Shown here: piece after piece, positions 1 to 9,123 of the stretch
How positions within the stretch are numbered: position 1 is the first letter of the stretch
How the letters are laid out: every line of letters begins with the position of its first letter
Assembly (NCBI GenBank): GCA_046723555.1
Contig: JBKOUV010000016.1
Location: 160 to 64,159, forward strand
Direction: 5' to 3'
Length of the DNA stretch: 64,000 nucleotides
Origin: Actinomycetota bacterium
GTDB taxonomy: Bacteria; Actinomycetota; Acidimicrobiia; Acidimicrobiales; Ilumatobacteraceae
Made by a program: the position numbers and the translations under genes
The notes under the pieces: model-generated
The model's database searches: none
What the model was told of the DNA's origin: nothing
Seen by the model: the letters and a program-made list of their open reading frames with translations, nothing else

Positions 1-435
1 GGCCAGCAGCACCGTCTCCACGCCCGCCTCGTCGGCGGCCCGGCACCACGGCTCACATTCTTCGAGCGGCAGGTCGGGCAGGATGCACGCATCGATCCCC
101 GCCGCCACGAGCCGCCCCGCGAAGCGGCGGTGACCGTCGTGGTGGACGAGGTTGTAGTAGGTCATCGCGGCCAGCGGGATGCCGACGTCCAGCCGAGCGG
201 CGGCATCGAGAACGGCGGGCGGGGTGGCGCCCGCGTCGAGCGCCGCCTGCGACGCCCGCTGGATCACCGGCCCGTCGATGACCGGGTCGGAGAACGGGAT
301 ACCGATCTCGATGCCGTCGGCGCCGGCGGCCGCGGCCGCCCGGATCGCGTCCTCCCATCCGGGGTAGCCGCCGGTGACGTACGGGACGAGCAGCTTGCGC
401 CCGCGGTCACGGGCGGCGCGGAACTGGCGCTCCAT
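1..435 (-). CDS. trpA: Tryptophan synthase alpha chain, distal end cut by window edge
   Basis: Absent from ORF track because there is no stop in the window. Manual minus-strand translation from the ATG at 435-433 gives [62 protein letters not shown]..., a TrpA signature. The frame stays open to position 1. The start overlaps the trpB stop (TGATG). Confidence 0.9.
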   Translation of the reverse strand, partial: MERQFRAARDRGRKLLVPYVTGGYPGWEDAIRAAAAAGADGIEIGIPFSDPVIDGPVIQRASQAALDAGATPPAVLDAAARLDVGIPLAAMTYYNLVHHDGHRRFAGRLVAAGIDACILPDLPLEECEPWCRAADEAGVETVLLA

Positions 436-1610
436 CAGGCCGGCGCGCCCACACCGAGGTCCGCGCCGAGCAGCTGCATGGCCTGGTCGACGTCCTTGTC
501 CCCGCGTCCGGAGAGGTTGACCAGCACCGTGCGGCCGGCCAGCGCGGGTGCCTCACGCACCACCCACGCGATCGCATGGGCCGGCTCGAAGGCGCTGAGG
601 ATCCCCTCGGTACGGGAGAGCAGGCTGAACGCATCGAGGACCTCGGCGTCCGACACCGACGGGTACTCCGCCCGGCCGATCGATCCGAGGAAGGAGTGCT
701 CCGGTCCGACGCCGGGGTAGTCGAGGCCGGCCGACACCGAGTGGGCCTCCTCGACCTGTCCGTACTCGTCCTGCATCAGGTAGCTGCGCATGCCGTGGAC
801 GACCCCCGGGACGCCCCGGCCGACCGCGGCTCCGCCCGCGGGCTCGACGCCGACGAGGCGGGCCGTGCGATCGACGAAGCCGGAGAAGATCCCGGCGGCG
901 TTGGATCCCCCGCCGACGCACGCGACGACGACGTCCGGTTCGCCGCCGAGCAACGCCCGGCACTGCTCGCGTGCCTCGTCGCCGACCACCCGCTGGAGCT
1001 CGCGCACCATCCACGGGTAGGGGTGCGGTCCCATCACCGAACCGATGCAGTAGTGGGTGTCGCCAACCGTGGCCACCCAGTCCCGCAGGGCCTCGTTGAC
1101 GGCGTCCTTGAGCGTGCGGCTGCCGCTGTCGACGGCCTCGACCTCGGCGCCGAGCAGGCGCATGCGGAACACGTTGAGCTCCTGCCGGGCCACGTCGACG
1201 GCGCCCATGTAGATCTTGCAGTCCATCCCGAACAGCGCCGCCGCGGTGGCGGTGGCGACACCGTGCTGGCCGGCACCGGTCTCGGCGACCAGCCGGGTCT
1301 TCCCCATCCGCTTGGCCAGCAACGCCTGCCCGAGGACGTTGTTGATCTTGTGCGAGCCGGTGTGGTTGAGGTCCTCGCGCTTGAGCAGCAGGCGCAGCCC
1401 CAACTGTCCGCCGAGGTTGTGGCACTCGGTGATGATCGACGGCCGCCCGGCGTAGTCGCGCAGCACCGCATCGAGGTCGCCGCGGAACGTGGGGTCCGCC
1501 CATGCGTCCCGGAACGCCGCCTCCAGGTCGAGGCACGCCGGCATCAGCGTTTCCGGGACGAACCGGCCGCCGAACTCGCCGAAGCGGCCTTCCGCCGTCG
1601 GCTCCCCCAT
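435..1610 (-). CDS. trpB: Tryptophan synthase beta chain
   Basis: ORF 435..1991 trimmed to the internal ATG at 1610 ([22 protein letters not shown]...). Motifs [11 protein letters not shown] (PLP lysine) and GGGSNAAG. The upstream 127 codons are Arg/Gly-rich run-on. Confidence 0.95.
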   Translation of the reverse strand: MGEPTAEGRFGEFGGRFVPETLMPACLDLEAAFRDAWADPTFRGDLDAVLRDYAGRPSIITECHNLGGQLGLRLLLKREDLNHTGSHKINNVLGQALLAKRMGKTRLVAETGAGQHGVATATAAALFGMDCKIYMGAVDVARQELNVFRMRLLGAEVEAVDSGSRTLKDAVNEALRDWVATVGDTHYCIGSVMGPHPYPWMVRELQRVVGDEAREQCRALLGGEPDVVVACVGGGSNAAGIFSGFVDRTARLVGVEPAGGAAVGRGVPGVVHGMRSYLMQDEYGQVEEAHSVSAGLDYPGVGPEHSFLGSIGRAEYPSVSDAEVLDAFSLLSRTEGILSAFEPAHAIAWVVREAPALAGRTVLVNLSGRGDKDVDQAMQLLGADLGVGAPA

Positions 1611-1627
1611 CAGCGAGGTTGCGTCAC

Positions 1628-2281
1628 TCACTCGTCGGACCAGTCGTAGGGAAGGTCGTCGCCGCCGAGGTACGGCAGCGGCGCGGCGGCTCGCGCCCGC
1701 TCGACGAACCGCTTCACCTTGAGCGGGTCCTTCTTGCCCGGCGACCGCTCCACGCCGGTCGAGACGTCGACCCCCCACGGCTCGACCGCCTTCACCGCGT
1801 CGGCGACGTTGTCCGGATCGAGCCCGCCGGCGAGGATCAGCCGCTTGCCCTCCGGGACCTCGCCCGCCAGGCTCCAGTCGAAGAGCTGACCCGATCCGGG
1901 GGAGGCGCTGTCGACGAGGATCAGGTCCGTCGGCATCTCCTTCACGTCGGCGAGCTTCGAGGAGCCCGCCGGATACGCCTTGATCACCCACCGGGCCGCC
2001 TGCGCGACCTCTCTGACGACGTCCGGTCCTTCGTTTCCGTGAAGCTGCGCCGCCTTGACCCCGGATCGGTGGATGATGTCGGTCACCAGCTTGGGGTGCT
2101 CGTCGCGGAACACCCCGACCGTGAGGACTTCCGGGGGCAGCCGGCGGGTGATGTCGTACGCCTGCTGCGGAGCGATCTGCCGCGGCGAGGGGGCGAACAC
2201 GAAGCCGACCGCGTCGGCGCCCATGGCCACCGCCAGCAGGGCGTCGTCCTCGTTGGTGATCCCGCAGATCTTCACGAACAT
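1628..2281 (-). CDS. trpF: Phosphoribosylanthranilate isomerase
   Basis: ORF 1628..2338 trimmed to ATG 2281: [36 protein letters not shown]...[12 protein letters not shown], a PRAI pattern. It ends 17 nt upstream of trpB. Confidence 0.88.
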   Translation of the reverse strand: MFVKICGITNEDDALLAVAMGADAVGFVFAPSPRQIAPQQAYDITRRLPPEVLTVGVFRDEHPKLVTDIIHRSGVKAAQLHGNEGPDVVREVAQAARWVIKAYPAGSSKLADVKEMPTDLILVDSASPGSGQLFDWSLAGEVPEGKRLILAGGLDPDNVADAVKAVEPWGVDVSTGVERSPGKKDPLKVKRFVERARAAAPLPYLGGDDLPYDWSDE

Positions 2282-2313
2282 GTGAGCGAAACGGTATCGC
2301 TCGCCCCCGCTCG

Positions 2314-3807
2314 TTACGGGGTTCGTTGCCCGACCCACGGGTGCTCGCGCAGGAACGTCCTGGCGACGTCGCGCCGGGACACCGGACCGAGCGTCCGGTT
2401 GCCCGCCACGCTGCCCATCCGCAGCCCCTCCACCTCGGCTGCCGTGCAGCTCGCCGGCGGGACGTCGATCCCGAGCAGCTCGACGGCGTTCAGGCCGAGG
2501 ATGCGGCGCTTCACCGCGGGCGTCAGGGCGGGATACCCGAACTGCTCCTGGAACGCGGGGGTGATCTCAAAGGCGCGGAAGGCGGCGATCTGGTCCTGCG
2601 GCGAGCCGTACCAGATCGAATCGGTGCCCCAGAGGATCCGCTCCGGGCCGAAGGCGACGAGCAGCTTCCCGAGGACGTGCGCGGCCTCGTCCGGACTCCC
2701 CATCAGCCGGCGCCAGGTCGAGCCGAGCTCGGCGTAGACGTTGCCGGTCGTTCCGATCCCGGCCTCGGTGACGCTGCGCACGAGGCGGTCGACGCCCGGC
2801 CCGTCGGGGTCGTACGGACCCTCGGTCGAGCCGGCCTCGTAGCCGGAGTGGTACACGAGGAAGCGCAGGTCGGGGTGGGCCGCGGCGGCCGGGCCGACAT
2901 CGACCGGCGAGGCGTACGGGTTGCCGCCGGACAGGCCCTTGTGCACGGCGATCGTCGGCACACCCGTCGACCGGCAGGCCTCGAGGAAGCGCTGCCCGAC
3001 CGCCGGAGCCGCGCCGTCGTGGTCGTCGAGGAACCAACCCGAAGGGCTGTGGGTGTACACCTTCCAGGCGCTCAGCCGGTGGGACGCGGCGACCTCCTCC
3101 ATCGACGCCACGGCCGCCTCGATCGGTCCGACGTCGGGGACCGCGTGGCCCTGGATCAGGACGTGGCCGTCGCCGCAGAGCCCGGCGGCCAGCGCCCGCC
3201 CCCGCTCCATCGCCTCGACCGACAGCGGATCGGCCGCGCCGACCACGGGCACCGCGGAGATCACGGCGACCCGCGTGTCGCTCTGGGCGAGCACAAGGTC
3301 GCGCCAGTACTCGGCCGAGAAGCAGTCGATCGGCTCGGCCTCGCCGCACGACGCCTGCGGGAACCCGAGGCCGAACTCACCCGACTCGAGGAAGTGGGTC
3401 TGCACGTCCACCACGACGTCCTCCGGCGGGGGCGGCGTGGTCGTCGATGGCTGTGGGGTGGTCTCCCGCGTCGTCGTCGACGGCGCACCGTGGACGGTCG
3501 AGGTGGCCTCCTCCGGATCGGTGATCGCCGATTCGGGAACGTTGAACGTCCCGCCGGGTTGGGTGCCCGCCGATCGCGAGCGGTCCCGGCTGCACGACTC
3601 GAGCGCGGCAAGACCGGCGATCATCCCGGCGGACGAGAGGAGGAACCGCCGGCGGGACCATCCGTGGCGGCGAGCGTGGTCGTCGACCGCGGCCCGGGCC
3701 CGGCGCATCGCCTCGGCGCGCAGCTCGTCCGTCGCCGGCGGCAGGAACTCGCCGTTCGAGCACGGCCACAGCTTCAGCGGCAACCCGGGGTCGGCGTCCT
3801 CACGCAC
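2314..3807 (-). CDS. Tat-signal amidohydrolase-family protein (amidohydrolase-2-like TIM barrel), probable exported or lipoprotein
   Basis: 497 aa with a GTG start. Twin-arginine signal [22 protein letters not shown] follows a roughly 50 aa N-region. A Thr/Pro-rich linker ([20 protein letters not shown]) precedes an amidohydrolase-like core ([20 protein letters not shown]). Confidence 0.75.
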   Translation of the reverse strand: MREDADPGLPLKLWPCSNGEFLPPATDELRAEAMRRARAAVDDHARRHGWSRRRFLLSSAGMIAGLAALESCSRDRSRSAGTQPGGTFNVPESAITDPEEATSTVHGAPSTTTRETTPQPSTTTPPPPEDVVVDVQTHFLESGEFGLGFPQASCGEAEPIDCFSAEYWRDLVLAQSDTRVAVISAVPVVGAADPLSVEAMERGRALAAGLCGDGHVLIQGHAVPDVGPIEAAVASMEEVAASHRLSAWKVYTHSPSGWFLDDHDGAAPAVGQRFLEACRSTGVPTIAVHKGLSGGNPYASPVDVGPAAAAHPDLRFLVYHSGYEAGSTEGPYDPDGPGVDRLVRSVTEAGIGTTGNVYAELGSTWRRLMGSPDEAAHVLGKLLVAFGPERILWGTDSIWYGSPQDQIAAFRAFEITPAFQEQFGYPALTPAVKRRILGLNAVELLGIDVPPASCTAAEVEGLRMGSVAGNRTLGPVSRRDVARTFLREHPWVGQRTP

Positions 3808-3816
3808 GCGTGACCC

Positions 3817-4341
3817 TCACTCGGGAAGTGCGTGCTCGGGGACCACCGCGTCCACCGAGGGCTCACCGAGTCCCAGCCGGGTACGGGCACTGAACATGCG
3901 GCCGCGGGCCCGTTCGGCCGGCGCGACGGCCAGCAGGCCGATCGGCTTGTCGATGTCGTCGTAGATCGCCTCGATACCGCCGCGCATCAGATAGGTCTCG
4001 TGCCAGAAGCCGGTACCGGCCGAATCGCGGAGGAACTCCTTCCACCACTGCTGATGCGGGAGCTCGCGGGTCCACCGTTCGAGGGCATCGAGGTCGCGCC
4101 AGTACTGCCGCATCCCGAAGTGGGGCGGGATGAGCGAGAAGACGAAGTTCTCGTGGAGCAGGAGTCCGGGAGGATTCTGGGCGACGCCGGCCTGGATCTG
4201 GCGGCCGGTCCGGATCAGCTTGCGCAGCCCGCGGAGCTCGCGGACGCGCATGCCCAGGTAGATGACGACGAGGTCCGGGAACTCGGAGAGGTCGACGGTC
4301 CGCCGGTTGACGCCTGCGCGTTGTTCGACCATGCCCGCCAC
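3817..4341 (-). CDS. DUF4188 / af470-like monooxygenase-family protein
   Basis: 174 aa. FPDLVVIYLGMRV...HENFVFS...MRQYWRDLDALERW...GFWHETY resembles the DUF4188 family. Start is GTG 4341 or ATG 4332. Family assignment is from memory of the motif pattern only. Confidence 0.55.
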   Translation of the reverse strand: MAGMVEQRAGVNRRTVDLSEFPDLVVIYLGMRVRELRGLRKLIRTGRQIQAGVAQNPPGLLLHENFVFSLIPPHFGMRQYWRDLDALERWTRELPHQQWWKEFLRDSAGTGFWHETYLMRGGIEAIYDDIDKPIGLLAVAPAERARGRMFSARTRLGLGEPSVDAVVPEHALPE

Positions 4342-4376
4342 TGTGGCAGACCGTCCGCGGCGCGGCCAGCGCGGCG

Positions 4377-5153
4377 TCAGCGGGGCCGCATCTTGGCGAG
4401 CGCGACGGCCGGGTCGGGCGCCGTGACGAGCGCCTCTCCGACGAGGATCGCGTCGTAGCCGGCGTCGGCGAGGCGGCCGGCGTCGTAGCCGTCGCGGATG
4501 CCGGACTCGGCGACCTTGACCATCCCACCGGGGATCGCCTTCGCCATTCGCTCGGCGCGGTCGGTGTCGACCTCGAACGTGTACAGGTCGCGCTGGTTGA
4601 CCCCGATCGTCGTCGCTCCGGCCTCGAGCGCCTGCTCGAGCTCGGGCTCGTCGTGCACCTCGACGAGGGTGTCGAGGTGGAGCTCGTGGGCGAGCTCGAC
4701 GAAGTCGATCAGCTCGAGCTGGTCGAGGACGGCGACGATCAACAGCACCGCGTCGGCGCCCATCAGCCGGGCATCAGCGACGTCCCGCGCGTCGACCGTG
4801 AAGTCCTTGCGCAGCACGGGCAGGGCGGTCGCATCGCGCGCCGCTTGGAGGTCGGCCACCGATCCGCCGAAGAACTCCTCGTCGGTGAGCACGGACAGGC
4901 ACGACGCCCCGCCGTGGGCGTACGCCATGGCGAGGTTGCCCGGGTCGAGCAGCTCGTCGAGAGCTCCTTTCGAGGGCGAGCGTCGCTTGACCTCGGCGAT
5001 CACCGCCAGCTCGGGCGTCAGGGCCAGCGCCCGCCGGAACCCGCGGGTCGGCGGCGCTCGCCTGGCCTCCTCGACCAGCGGGTCGAGCGACCGCTGATCG
5101 GCGGCGGCGAACTCACGGTGGCGGGCGACGATCCGGTCGAGGTAGGTGTTCAT
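4377..5153 (-). CDS. trpC: Indole-3-glycerol phosphate synthase
   Basis: MNTYLDRIVARHREF...AVIAEVKRRSPSKG...LPVLRKDFTVD...IGVNQRDL, TrpC motifs. ATG at 5153 (the track ORF starts one codon earlier at TTG 5156). Confidence 0.92.
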   Translation of the reverse strand: MNTYLDRIVARHREFAAADQRSLDPLVEEARRAPPTRGFRRALALTPELAVIAEVKRRSPSKGALDELLDPGNLAMAYAHGGASCLSVLTDEEFFGGSVADLQAARDATALPVLRKDFTVDARDVADARLMGADAVLLIVAVLDQLELIDFVELAHELHLDTLVEVHDEPELEQALEAGATTIGVNQRDLYTFEVDTDRAERMAKAIPGGMVKVAESGIRDGYDAGRLADAGYDAILVGEALVTAPDPAVALAKMRPR

Positions 5154-5160
5154 CAACCAG

Positions 5161-5240
5161 CCGAGTGTTTCACGTCATCCGAGTGTTTCGCGTCGCGACG
5201 TGTCCGCAGGAAACCCTCGGGCGGCGCGAAACACTCGGGT
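5161..5240. repeat. Structured intergenic repeat, family 1 copy A (two direct plus two inverted units)
   Basis: CCGAGTGTTTCACG-tcat-CCGAGTGTTTCGCG-tcgcgacgtgtccgca-GGAAACCCTCGG-gcgg-CGCGAAACACTCGG-gtgg. Unit 2 (5179-5192) and unit 4 (5225-5238) are perfect 14-nt complements. Lies between the glyQS stop and the trpC start. Related copies at 38651..38730 and 53423..53483. Confidence 0.85.
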
Positions 5241-5242
5241 GG

Positions 5243-6553
5243 TCAGAAGCCCAGACGGTCGGCGACCTCGGCGACGACGTCGTCGACCGGCACGCGGACC
5301 TGGTCGGTGGAGTCGCGGTCACGGATGGTCACGGCCTTGTCGTCGAGCGAGTCGAAGTCGACCGTGACGGCGAGCGGGGTGCCGATCTCGTCCTGGCGGC
5401 GGTAGCGGCGGCCGATCGCCTGGGTCTCGTCGTACTCGACCATGTAGCGCTGGCTGAGCGCCTTGCGCACGTCGTGGGCCATCGAGATCAGCGGCTCCTT
5501 GCGCGACAACGGCAGCACGGCGACCTGGTACGGGGCGAGGCGCGGGTGCAGTCGCAGGACGGTGCGCTTCTCGTCGTTGATGACGTCCTCGTCGTACGCG
5601 GCCAGGAGGAACGCGGCCATCGTGCGCGTCGCCCCGGCCGCCGGCTCGACGACGTAGGGGTAGAAGCGCTCCCCCGTCGCCTGGTCGAAGTAGTCGAGCC
5701 GCTCACCCGAGTGCTCGGCGTGCCGACGCAGGTCGAAGTCGGTGCGCTGGGCGATGCCTTCCAGCTCGTCGAAGCCCCACGGGAACCGGAACTCGACGTC
5801 GGACGTGCCCGACGAGTAGTGCGACAGCTCGTCGGAGGCGTGTGGCCGCAGCCGCAACAGGTCACGAGGGATGCCGTGGCGGACGTACCAGTCGAGGCGC
5901 TCGTTGCACCAGTACTCGTACCACTGGGCGCTCTCGGCCGGCGGCACGAAGAACTCGACCTCCATCAGCTCGAACTCGCGTGTGCGGAAGATCCAGTTCT
6001 GCGGCGTGATCTCGTTGCGGTACGCCTTGCCGACCTGGGCGATGCCAAACGGTGGCTTCTTGCGCGTCGTCGCCAGCACGTTGGCGAAGTTGACGAACAT
6101 GCCCTGCGCCGTCTCGGGCCGCAGGTAGGCGACGGACGCCGACTCCTCGACGGGCCCGGCGTAGGTCTTGAACATGAGGTTGAACTGGCGGGCCTCGGTG
6201 AAGCTGCCGTGGGCGCCGCAGTTCGGACAGGTGTCGGGATCGTCGAGCTTGTCCTGGCGGAACCGCTGCTTGCAGTTGGTGCAGTCGACCAACGGGTCGT
6301 GGAAGCTGGCCAGGTGGCCGCTCGCCTCCCACACCTGCGGGGGACCGAGCGTCGCCGCATCGATCAGGACGACGTCGTCACGCTCCTGGACCATCGCCCG
6401 GATCCACGCCTCCTTCACGTTGCGCAACATCAGGGCGCCGAGGGGCCCGTAGTCGTAGGCGCTGCGGAACCCGCCGTAGATCTCGGCCGACGGGTACACG
6501 AACCCGCGGCGCTTGCACAGGTTGACGATCTGCTCCAGCTCGGTCGCGGGCAT
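5243..6553 (-). CDS. glyQS: Glycine--tRNA ligase (dimeric class II type)
   Basis: 436 aa. MPATELEQIVNLCKRRGFVYPSAEIYGGFRSAYDYGPLG...FRNEITPQNWIFRTREFELMEVEFF, a GlyRS signature. Confidence 0.95.
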   Translation of the reverse strand: MPATELEQIVNLCKRRGFVYPSAEIYGGFRSAYDYGPLGALMLRNVKEAWIRAMVQERDDVVLIDAATLGPPQVWEASGHLASFHDPLVDCTNCKQRFRQDKLDDPDTCPNCGAHGSFTEARQFNLMFKTYAGPVEESASVAYLRPETAQGMFVNFANVLATTRKKPPFGIAQVGKAYRNEITPQNWIFRTREFELMEVEFFVPPAESAQWYEYWCNERLDWYVRHGIPRDLLRLRPHASDELSHYSSGTSDVEFRFPWGFDELEGIAQRTDFDLRRHAEHSGERLDYFDQATGERFYPYVVEPAAGATRTMAAFLLAAYDEDVINDEKRTVLRLHPRLAPYQVAVLPLSRKEPLISMAHDVRKALSQRYMVEYDETQAIGRRYRRQDEIGTPLAVTVDFDSLDDKAVTIRDRDSTDQVRVPVDDVVAEVADRLGF

Positions 6554-6581
6554 GGGCCAAGGCTACGACCGACCACCAAAC

Positions 6582-6630
6582 GCTTTGGTCCGGAAATCGG
6601 TTGAAGGCGCAAGCAAAATCCGGACCAAGC
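6582..6630 (-). terminator. Hairpin between the dioxygenase-like stop and the glyQS start (terminator or glyQS leader structure)
   Basis: TTGGTCCGGA (6585-6594) pairs with TCCGGACCAA (6619-6628): a 10-bp stem with a 24-nt loop. No clear U-tract. Confidence 0.3.
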
Positions 6631-6635
6631 AGCAG

Positions 6636-7493
6636 TCAGATGGGAACGGCGAGCGTCGCCGTGTACCCGTTTTGACCGTCACCGGTCACGGTGGCCAACT
6701 GCTGCGACACACCGTCGGCGAAGACCATGTCGGTGTCGAGCGACACCTGGGCGAGGTTGCCCACGCTCTGCTCGTAGCCGTCGGTGGCGTACGCGGCGGA
6801 GCACACGTCGGCCGGGAAGGCCAGCTGCGACGTGGCGACCGGCTCGCCGCCGCCGGTCGCGTCGTCGACGCCGGCGTAGACCTCGAAGTGGATGTGCGGC
6901 CAGCGCCCCGAGTAGCACGCCGGGAAGATGCTCGTGAACGTGACCCGACCGTCGGCGTCGGTCTCCTGGACGCCCCGCAGGTAGTTCTCGCTCTCCGCAC
7001 CCGGCGAGTACATCGAGTACCGGCCCTCACGATCGCAGTGCCAGAGGTACACGGCCGCTCCGGCCAGCGGGGTGCAGCCGTTCGCCGTGTCGGTCACCGT
7101 CAACTCGACCGTGAGCGGGATGCCGTCGGCGACGCCGGAGGCCGACCCGATGCTGGAGCGGATGTCGCGGCGCACGATGCCGCTCTCGGCGAGCACATCG
7201 GGCCCGTTCGAGCCGTCGCCGGGATAGGGGCCGGCGGTCTCGTCGGGGATCGGCGCGCAACTCGCGCCGGACGTCGTCGCCGACGTCGAGCCGGACGAGC
7301 CGGACTGGGCGCTCGAGCCGGTCGAGTTCGCCGTCGTCGCCTCGACGCCCGAGGATCCGCCGGAGCGGCACGCCGCCAGCAGGGCCGCGCCGGCGCCCGC
7401 CCCGGCGAGGGCGAGGAGGCGCCGGCGGCCGATCAGTGTGGAGAGGTCGAACGCCAGTCCCCGGTCGTGGTTTTCGCGGTCGTGATGCTCCAT
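6636..7493 (-). CDS. Exported intradiol ring-cleavage dioxygenase-like protein (Tat signal, lipobox)
   Basis: 285 aa. RRRLLALAGAGAGAALLAAC, a Ser/Gly/Thr-rich linker, then YLWHCDREGRYS and SGRWPHIHFEV motifs typical of the protocatechuate/catechol intradiol dioxygenase fold. Confidence 0.75.
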   Translation of the reverse strand: MEHHDRENHDRGLAFDLSTLIGRRRLLALAGAGAGAALLAACRSGGSSGVEATTANSTGSSAQSGSSGSTSATTSGASCAPIPDETAGPYPGDGSNGPDVLAESGIVRRDIRSSIGSASGVADGIPLTVELTVTDTANGCTPLAGAAVYLWHCDREGRYSMYSPGAESENYLRGVQETDADGRVTFTSIFPACYSGRWPHIHFEVYAGVDDATGGGEPVATSQLAFPADVCSAAYATDGYEQSVGNLAQVSLDTDMVFADGVSQQLATVTGDGQNGYTATLAVPI

Positions 7494-7496
7494 GGC

Positions 7497-8291
7497 TCAG
7501 CCCTTGGTGAAGAAGAGTTGCAGCTCGATCACGCCTTGGTCGGCCGCCGAGAGGACGATCGGCGCGGTGGGGACGCTGACCCCGTAATCGGAGAACGTGA
7601 CGTCGAGCGATCCGACGACCACGATGGTGTCGTCCACGAGCTGGACCTGGAGCGGCACGCTCACCCGCCTCGTGACCCCATGGATCGTCAGGTCGCCCAC
7701 GGCGGTCACCGTCGTGGCCTCGCCGCTCGTGGCGGCCGAACCGAGCTCGATCGGCTCAGCCAGCACGAACGTCGCGGTCGGGTACGTCGACGTCTCGAGC
7801 GCTTCTTGCATCTCGTCGTCGCGCCGGCTGTCGTTGGTGGTGATCGCGGACACGTCGGCCTCGATCGACGCGGCGGTCAGCGTCGTGCCGTCGATGGTGA
7901 TCGTGCCGGCGACGTCCGGGCTGCGTCCGACCGCCGTGGTCGACCCGATCCCGGCGAGCTCCTCGTCGATGCGGAAGCCGACGAAGGTTCCCGTCGAGTC
8001 GTCGTACGAGAACGTGCCGATCGACGTGTCCACCGCCCACGTCCCACTCACGTCGGTGACGGCGCCCGACGCCAGGCCGGCCCCGCCGTCGATCGCCTGG
8101 GTCGCCGACTGGAAGTCGACCGCAGCGGGCGCGTCGTCGTGCAGGAACCACCAGATCCCGCCACCGGCGACCGCCAGCAGGACGACCAGGACGCTCGCGC
8201 CGGCAATCAGCCAGCGGCGACGACGGCGCCGTCGGTGGGAGGGCGGTGATCCGTGATCGAGACTCGGTTGGGGGGCCACGGCGGTGTTCAT
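7497..8291 (-). CDS. YceI-family protein with N-terminal membrane anchor
   Basis: ATG at 8291 (track starts at TTG 8300). Arg-rich N-terminus plus a TM helix (WLIAGASVLVVLLAVAGGGIWWF), then a YceI-like domain (SGTWAVDTS, FVGFRI, TNDSRRD, LTIHGVTRRV). Its stop is 3 nt before the dioxygenase-like start. Confidence 0.8.
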   Translation of the reverse strand: MNTAVAPQPSLDHGSPPSHRRRRRRRWLIAGASVLVVLLAVAGGGIWWFLHDDAPAAVDFQSATQAIDGGAGLASGAVTDVSGTWAVDTSIGTFSYDDSTGTFVGFRIDEELAGIGSTTAVGRSPDVAGTITIDGTTLTAASIEADVSAITTNDSRRDDEMQEALETSTYPTATFVLAEPIELGSAATSGEATTVTAVGDLTIHGVTRRVSVPLQVQLVDDTIVVVGSLDVTFSDYGVSVPTAPIVLSAADQGVIELQLFFTKG

Positions 8292-8421
8292 GGCGGGCAA
8301 GCGTGAACGTCGAAGCTGAGTGCCAGCTGGGAACGGGCAGAGACTCTGCTCTCAGGTCACTCTCGAACGGCTCAGCGACGATTCACAGCCAACTCTCAGG
8401 ATCGGCGACGAAACTGGTGCC

Positions 8422-9117
8422 GTGCCGGGTGAACACCTGCTGATCGTCGACGACGAGGACAACCTGCGCTCGATGCTGGCCGCCGCCCTCCGCCACCACG
8501 GCTTCGAGGTGTCGTCCGTCGCCAACGGTCGCGACGCCTTGGCGACCGTCACGACGGAGCGGCCGGACCTCGTCGTGCTCGACGTGATGCTCCCCGACCT
8601 CGACGGCTTCGAGGTGTGCCGGCGGATGCGGACCGGGGGCGACCGTACGCCGGTGCTGTTCCTGACCGCACGCGACGCCACCGAGGACAAGGTGCGCGGG
8701 CTCACCCTGGGCGGCGACGACTACCTGCAGAAGCCGTTCAGCCTCGAGGAGCTGGTCGCCCGGGTGGCAGCGGTGCTGCGCCGCACCGGGCGGGCCCGCG
8801 AGGACCGCACCGTCCTGACGTGCGGCGATCTCACGATGGACGACGACGCCCACCGGGTGGTGCGGGGCGGCGTCGAGGTGTCGCTCTCCCCCACCGAGTA
8901 CAACCTGCTCCGCTACCTGTTGTTGAACCAGGGCCGGGTCGTGTCCAAGGCGCAGATCCTCGACCACGTCTGGCAGTACGACTTCGGCGGCGACGGCGGG
9001 ATCGTCGAGACCTACATCGGCTATCTCCGCCGCAAGCTCGACAACGTCGAGCCTCGCCTGATCACGACCATCCGTGGCGTCGGTTACACGCTGCGCGAGC
9101 CCGTCACGTCGAGGTGA
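8422..9117 (+). CDS. OmpR/PhoB-family response regulator
   Basis: LLIVDDEDNLRSML...LVVLDVMLPDLDGF...ADDYLQKPF plus a winged-helix C-terminus (TIRGVGYTLRE). Start set to in-frame GTG 8422; the track ORF begins at 8320. Confidence 0.9.
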   Translation: MPGEHLLIVDDEDNLRSMLAAALRHHGFEVSSVANGRDALATVTTERPDLVVLDVMLPDLDGFEVCRRMRTGGDRTPVLFLTARDATEDKVRGLTLGGDDYLQKPFSLEELVARVAAVLRRTGRAREDRTVLTCGDLTMDDDAHRVVRGGVEVSLSPTEYNLLRYLLLNQGRVVSKAQILDHVWQYDFGGDGGIVETYIGYLRRKLDNVEPRLITTIRGVGYTLREPVTSR

Positions 9118-9123
9118 CGCGAA

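Noticed and set aside
53-720. ORFs 53..358(-), 130..720(+), 179..367(+) and 407..634(-) at the window start
   Set aside because: They are alternative frames or antisense of trpA (1..435) and the trpB 3' end. The trpA frame gives a clean TrpA signature, whereas these give Arg/Gly-rich sequence.
5161-5240. Possibility that the structured repeats are integron attC sites, or that the flanking genes are cassettes
   Set aside because: The flanking genes are housekeeping (glyQS, trpC, menF, menD). No intI or attI is present, and the arms do not fit the RYYYAAC / GTTRRRY core sites. A REP/MITE-like or terminator-type element is more plausible.
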